DNA of 63,723 nt, filler included, from Bigelowiella natans CCMP2755 (lineage: Eukaryota > Protista > Cercozoa), in assembly GCA_000320545.1 (NCBI GenBank). It is 9 parts of 9 records of this genome, joined end to end, with 100 filler letters (N's around TTAATTAATTAA, not from the genome) between each part and the next. Parts side by side here need not be neighbours in the genome. Positions count along the whole stretch, not along the records: positions 53,389 to 60,380 come from ADNK01000813.1; positions 60,481 to 61,945 come from ADNK01003705.1; positions 62,046 to 63,723 come from ADNK01001292.1; 6 more parts are not named here. One strand, written 5' to 3'. This document shows positions 58,701 to 63,723 of the stretch, piece by piece (position 1 is the stretch's first letter; every line of letters starts with the position of its first letter). The position numbers and the translations under genes are program-made. Below the pieces are notes generated by a model. The model worked only from the letters and a program-made list of their open reading frames with translations, was not told the DNA's origin and did no database searches.

Positions 58701-60042
58701 TGCTTACCGGAAGGAGAACTCTGTAGGCCTCAGCTTCGCTAAGGTGTGGGCCAAGGCTGGCCTTGATGCCCACTTCGATAACCTAATAAAGTTATGCAGC
58801 AACACCCTATTGAATGCTAAGCTAGACACTACTAGACCAGCTACCCTATGGACAGACTGGTCTAAGCTAGGTATGGCTGCTGTACTTACCCAAGACCAGC
58901 AGATCATACGGGTGTGGGGCAGGGCCTGCACAGCAGCTGAGGCCAAGTACAGCCCTACAAAAGGAGAGTATAAAGCCATGACTGAGGCGCAGAGGAAACT
59001 AAGATACTACCTGCTGTCGGTGCCCAGCTTCACCTTAATGACTGACCACAAGCCCCTCCTAGGCATCGACCGCAAGCTCGAAGCGCCTAACGATGAGTAT
59101 GCAGCTATGAGGGCGGACACGGAAGAGTTTAGGGACAAGAGGACAGTGGTCTACGCACCAGGAGACAAGCAGCTTGCTGACTATTTCAGCAGGCTGTTCG
59201 AAAAGAAAGTCCCTACCCAGGTCACCCCTATGGTTAACGCGATTACCTTCGAGGACGGCGACTTCCTGCCTGAGCCAGAGGAGCTCCAGCACCTTCAAGA
59301 ACACCTGGATAAATACAAACACAAGCATGAGGTACTTAGTGATAGGATATATGTATACACTAATAATGTTAGGCGTACCTACGTGCCACGGCGGACCAGG
59401 GGAGCCCTTCTCTTTACCGCCCATGGACCTGCACACGTAGGAGAAAACCATATCACTGCTCTACTCTACCATTACTACTGGCCCTACAAGCTAAAAGAGA
59501 TAAGGACATACCTGCGTGGCTGCAGGTGCTCCAGCTTGAAGGCGGCAGGCGTCGCCACCAAGGAGTCCAGCAAGAGCCGTGCATCTAAGAAAATCAAAGC
59601 AAGGAACTTCTTAGATATCGTGCAAATTGATGTTTATAAGTACGATGGCTATCACTACCTTACCTTCGTTGATGTGGCCACTGGAAAGTGCTGGGTTAAA
59701 AAGATTATCAAGGTCAACGTTGCTAAGAAGAACAAAGGCTTATATAAGCAGAGGCTTACTAACTGCTACCGTACCTGGGAGTCTGAGCTCCAGGCTATCC
59801 CTGATGAAGTTAGCATAAACAAGATACCAAAGAAGTTACATGTGGATAATGAGACCTCTCTTCTACAGCTACCACACCCTAATATTGATGCCTCACCTGT
59901 ATACTATGCCCAGTCCAACTCCAAGGTAGAGCGACTCCACCGCACCTTGGCCAACCTAAGCAGGATAAATAGCACCACACCAGACAAGATACAAAGGGTT
60001 AGTAAACGACACCTTCACGTCTGGGGGAGGTATCAAGGATAA
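55720..60042 (+). CDS. Gag-Pol polyprotein (1440 aa; integrase C-terminus continues in another frame)
   Basis: Zn knuckle CGYCSRKGKHTAKDC, protease ALWDSGS, RT (IEPSNSPW, SSLD, PYGL, YVDD), RNase H (WTDWS, KYSPTKGE, TDHKPL, LADYFSR) and integrase (H-H-C-C, IDVY, VDN, QSNSKVERLHRTL). Confidence 0.96.
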   Translation: MSQQLEEQQDFGSQAVQGHEQKQERKGDTDAKEGGGTPPQAPPGPAPGIKKADAAAEALENFYEADDEDVAAESKKVVMALRALRPRASNYAKLKVSIEYKYQTHDVWAAIMQDIMDYEADLPPEWAALFRNDGGLGASRGTTQSTVKQQQPVQRNTQFMSVKTAPVMITKYNGKRGEARRWWKNARSILCDFTPNPTENDKLKWLAIIKQAMDLYETGRTRIRQLEKIHTTVSGLRDVEAIMKAFVNEQDANSLPQAIRKYRAMMQHEREPVRDFATRFQDMIDELHDFNYNTGDDQARFEEFKLKIKESTYVTEKGYTTMEAAVQAISLREQEQDRKFTSPKVPGIGNINAIKPQRDWYKDREGNRRCGYCSRKGKHTAKDCRDRKEGRPRMTIRQLNEHYEKLKRKKGRGQGYNNSKWQGSNNGKNNKYKNKKQNSINAIQQQINGILDHLKQAPTKTAVPATQDQDKPMTLDDIKNLGVCNINDEDANRTIKVAMTKVKVKDSYGDYKKLPALWDSGSMPKSFISLSTVRRLGLLDQVTKKERKYAQADGSSSMKTVGELMLKLQIPGSDAETQIKTRVAMTLSMELLLGQDALEKLGGIISFYNHKIYFAKLPKKSGRTISQNMIRLDEWTSESSVNALEFMDLADNKLPTPTELRKKNPGKTIRQITELLDKTPPADDWDIDKGKKYINKILNEKYSDITKPTTKPSSKLTPVKIELKKGYEECIINDPEHRRPEADWEKIEWQINEWAKEGKIEPSNSPWNVRHVLAKKPTYPFFRLAHNFIRHNRVIKRIQTPTPRIDDVIEHVIGYKYYSSLDKNESYMQTPIHKTSRPITAFSSRHRKWHFVVFPYGLSISGDAFSSQNYRAYTHDGMASVLWVFVFVYVDDDIICTNTVVAQIFLLENIFIRFAHFGFTIRLQKCTFLATRIKWCGYYLEQGRITPNPEKVAALQQAPKPKNAKELKSFLQTAAWILRRFSPTYARTAAAFTTAYRKENSVGLSFAKVWAKAGLDAHFDNLIKLCSNTLLNAKLDTTRPATLWTDWSKLGMAAVLTQDQQIIRVWGRACTAAEAKYSPTKGEYKAMTEAQRKLRYYLLSVPSFTLMTDHKPLLGIDRKLEAPNDEYAAMRADTEEFRDKRTVVYAPGDKQLADYFSRLFEKKVPTQVTPMVNAITFEDGDFLPEPEELQHLQEHLDKYKHKHEVLSDRIYVYTNNVRRTYVPRRTRGALLFTAHGPAHVGENHITALLYHYYWPYKLKEIRTYLRGCRCSSLKAAGVATKESSKSRASKKIKARNFLDIVQIDVYKYDGYHYLTFVDVATGKCWVKKIIKVNVAKKNKGLYKQRLTNCYRTWESELQAIPDEVSINKIPKKLHVDNETSLLQLPHPNIDASPVYYAQSNSKVERLHRTLANLSRINSTTPDKIQRVSKRHLHVWGRYQG

Positions 60043-60498
60043 AGAGAGGGAAGAAGCGACGACACGACGACATCCGAGAGCGAGACGAGAAGTCCCGTAC
60101 GATGGCCGAGTTCTAAAGGAAGGACAGTATGTTACAAGCAAGGTAAATCTGAGATCGAGAAATAAACAGACCCCCTTCTGCTGTGACCTTTGCATCAGGT
60201 CCCGAGAGGAAGGAGTTGAAGCAGTACTACATTTTCTATGGCTACAGGGTCCCTTGCATCTCTCCTTGTCGCCTAAAAAAGCATCATATCGCTCAAAGCT
60301 CCTAGAGCATGAGCACGAACAAAAACGCAGTGAGACGGAACAGCACTGTATATAATACTTGTACCCGACTCACACTCGCANNNNNNNNNNNNNNNNNNNN
60401 NNNNNNNNNNNNNNNNNNNNNNNNTTAATTAATTAANNNNNNNNNNNNNNNNNNNNNNNNNNNNNNNNNNNNNNNNNNNNCTTGTGTGTGTGTGTGTG

Positions 60499-60534
<36 letters not shown>

Positions 60535-60647
60535 TGGATGCGGGGGGGGGGGTTAGTCATCATCGCTATCATTATCATTGTCATCATTGTCAATAGCACG
60601 TGACGATGAAGAGTTGAGACGATGGACTTGACTATTGCGACACACAA

Positions 60648-61183
60648 GGATTGTCATTCATGAGTATATGCAATTTAAATGTGCACAAATTGTGTAAGGT
60701 CAAAACGCCAAGTGAGAAGAAAGATGAAAGTCCAGAGGAAAAGACGGTACGGTCATTGATGAGGACATGCTGAATGTGATAAATCGCTGCTTCCAATCAC
60801 TACTACTACTACTACTACTGCTACTACTACAACTACTACTACTATTACTACAATGCACACACAGCACGCACGCACACAGGAGGTTGATTGTGGTCGTGTC
60901 CCTGTCTTCTAACTACTCCCCCCTTCCCCCTCCCCCGTCCCCCTGCCTACCACACTCTCAGTTGAAGGAGGATTTAGAGCAGCTGAACAAGATCATTGCA
61001 GCACGTCCGAAATCATCGATCTCGCCGAGGAGAAGGTAGTAGCGCCATGACGCTCCTTGTCTTTTGGGGGGGGGGAGGAGGGGGGCATAATTTGTCGCTG
61101 TTTGCAATTCTTTCTCATCAGTTGACTTTCCGAGATGCGTAATTTACGACGCACACACACACACACACACACACACAACAAAC

Positions 61184-61234
<51 letters not shown>

Positions 61235-61349
61235 TTAATGATATATGTGCATACTCCCTCGTGTGTTCCATTGGAATGATAGCAAATCGTCGTTGTTGTT
61301 GTTATTGTTGTTGTTGTGTTCTGCTACCGCCCGCACATCCTATTGATCG

Positions 61350-61383
<34 letters not shown>

Positions 61384-61790
61384 ACATCAATCGACCGCAC
61401 TCGCACTCGATGATGCATCATCCAAGAGCAATGAGTGGGAATTGGAGGTGGCGTTTCTGGAAGACGACCGCAAGTATGTTAGTAGTACTTGAAGTAGTAG
61501 TTGTACTAGAAGTAGTAGTAGTAGTAGTAGCGGTAGTAGTTAAGCAGTTGTGGTAAGAGTCGTAACAGTAGTAGTAGTAGGCGGAGGAGGGGGAGTTGTA
61601 GTAGAAGTAGGAATAGCAATATCCTCTTAGTCGTAACCCTTTCGATGTCAGACATAAATATATGTATATATATCCCACAACCACGATATATAATGTGATG
61701 TCCTTTCGCTCTATACTGCTAATACCTGCCAATACTCACTGTCATGACATTTCAAGGCGCGTTGATTCGGAGGAAACCAAGGTGTGACAT
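60648..61790 (+). CDS. Hypothetical gene 3' fragment
   Basis: GT-AG bounded exons VKTPSEKKDESPEEKT|LKEDLEQLNKIIAARPK.... Terminal frame is ambiguous. Confidence 0.35.
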
Positions 61791-61829
61791 TTTATCATGC
61801 GCGTGTGTGTGTGTGTGTGGAGGGGGGGG

Positions 61830-62400
61830 ATGATGCCTAGCTAGCTAGCTAGCTAGGCACATTGTGCCAGTGGCTAGTGTGGGATGGAGCTTGCTAGCTA
61901 GCTACCAGCTATTGACGGCTTACGCCCTATTATTCACGCAGGATTNNNNNNNNNNNNNNNNNNNNNNNNNNNNNNNNNNNNNNNNNNNNTTAATTAATTA
62001 ANNNNNNNNNNNNNNNNNNNNNNNNNNNNNNNNNNNNNNNNNNNNTGCACGCCCACGTACCGCCTCTAGCTAGGCTTGAGCTAGCACTAGAGCACTCCAC
62101 TAGTCTGGAAACTTGATCATGCTAGCTAGCTAGCATGCATCTCTAGATCTAGACGTACGCACGCGCCACGCGTGCAGATGCACAGAAGCATGCAAACAAC
62201 GCCATGTGTCTAGATGTGTGCAACGCATGTTAGCATGTAACAAGCAACAATGCTCGACCGCAATTTCTTGACCTAGCGCGCTCTGGAGCCTGGAGCTGCA
62301 CGTCTGACTAGCTGAGCCCCTCCAGCTAGCTAGCTAGCTAGCCCTGCCGCTGCCAGTCCCAGCAGTGCCAGCACCACTAGACTAGAGCACGCTCGCATGG
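61830..62400. other. Intergenic CTAG-rich island 5 (spans the gap)
   Basis: (CTAG)n runs at ~61837, 61893, 62121 and 62326, on both sides of the 61946-62045 spacer. Confidence 0.75.
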
Positions 62401-62409
62401 GGAGGGGGG

Positions 62410-62448
<39 letters not shown>

Positions 62449-62975
62449 GGAGAGCGCAACATGGCCGCACGCTTTGGGAAATGCGTTCACCGCAGCTGCC
62501 AACAGGCGCCCCTGCATGTAGGCTGCGAGCCGGTGGTTGGGCGTGGTGTAACCTGTCGGTGTGAGCTCAATGCCGCACAGCTCTAGCTCGAACGCTAGTG
62601 ATGGTACAGATGTCGGGGGGGGGAGAGGAGGAGGAGGAGGAGGAGGATGATGATAATGATAGTGTGGAGAAAGAAGGGAGGGCAACACAGCAGCAGCAGC
62701 CCACGGGTAGGTAAAGGGAGGGGGAGGAGACGGAGCAAGAGCTGAGATTAGCGAAATAGCACATATCGGACCCTCTCAAACCTGAGGCTTCCAACCCCCC
62801 CCCCACCACCACAAGTGAAAGGGGAAAAGACACAATCGGCTGTGGTTGGTACCACGTTTGTTTCTCTGTAACAGCATTTTGCGAAGCATCTTCCGCTCGG
62901 CCTCCTGCTCCTCCGGTGATAGCTGAGCAAAAGGCCGAATATCTACATTGGCTACGCATATAATATTATATATAC

Positions 62976-63011
<36 letters not shown>

Positions 63012-63035
63012 TTCGTTGAGGGAATACGTCAATGC

Positions 63036-63076
<41 letters not shown>

Positions 63077-63297
63077 TATACACACATATATGTCTACACG
63101 CAGGCACATTCACATGCTTATAATCATTTATATAAATAAATATATATATATATATATATATATAACAGGCTAGGGTGTGATTTGAGTTATGTACCATGAC
63201 TGGGACCTCGATTGTAGACGTGTGAAACAACGTAACATGATAGTATTCTAAGCAAATCAGGCGGAGCGAATAGGATTGGGGAGAGGTCAACGAAAGC

Positions 63298-63357
<60 letters not shown>

Positions 63358-63510
63358 GTTAAGTATCATTATCCTCTTCATCATCATCATCATCATCATC
63401 ATCGTCATCTGCATCATCATCCTCATCATCATCACCATGAACGATCGTAAGGCGCGCGCACACCTGCTCTCCCAGCAAAGTAGCAATACCCAGGCCCGAG
63501 CTCTTCGCGT
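62400..63510 (-). CDS. Hypothetical gene 3' fragment
   Basis: Exons ANVDIRPFAQLSPEEQEAERKMLRKMLLQRNKRGTNHSRL and AFELELCGIELTPTGYTTPNHRLAAYMQGRLL. Confidence 0.4.
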
Positions 63511-63723
63511 AAAATCTCAATCGCCCCCCCCACAAACGCCTTCATTGCCGCCCCCAGTCCCCCGGTCTCACTCACCTGCTCGGAACAGGCTCTCAGGTAG
63601 GATATTATATCTACGCTTAGGCGCTATATACACCCTTCATCCCCCCCCCTCGCTCCTTCATCACCTAGATTCGCAACCCCTCTTTCATATAGGTACATTG
63701 GGTGCTAGTTAACGCGTATGTTC

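Larger units (their letters stand above)
55406..60380 (+). mobile_element. Ty3/Gypsy (Metaviridae-like) LTR retrotransposon, 3' end lost in gap
   Basis: Putative LTR, then PBS-like site, then a single gag-pol ORF in the order Gag-PR-RT-RH-IN. Confidence 0.93.

Overview
Eukaryotic (protist-like) nuclear DNA. It consists of 9 contigs joined by eight 100-bp artificial spacers (N44-TTAATTAATTAA-N44). Genes are very intron-rich, and most introns carry ~30-nt microsatellites; the architecture resembles chlorarachniophyte/Rhizarian genomes, but that is inference only. Recognisable genes: a Methyltransf_16-family methyltransferase (-), kinesin-II accessory subunit KAP3 (-), AP-4 epsilon (+, divergent from KAP3), and a conserved uncharacterised Rossmann-type protein that appears to lack an internal segment (+). 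Several hypothetical spliced genes are also present. There is a young Ty3/Gypsy LTR retrotransposon (275-bp 5' LTR, PBS-like site, single gag-pol ORF) with an unusually streamlined integrase (D-D27-E). The most striking unexplained signal is five intergenic islands next to gene 3' ends, three of them between convergent genes. In these islands TpA is strongly depleted except inside CTAG, while CpG persists. This looks like a localised, context-specific mutational or DNA-modification footprint opposite in direction to RIP. All counts and exon models were made by eye.
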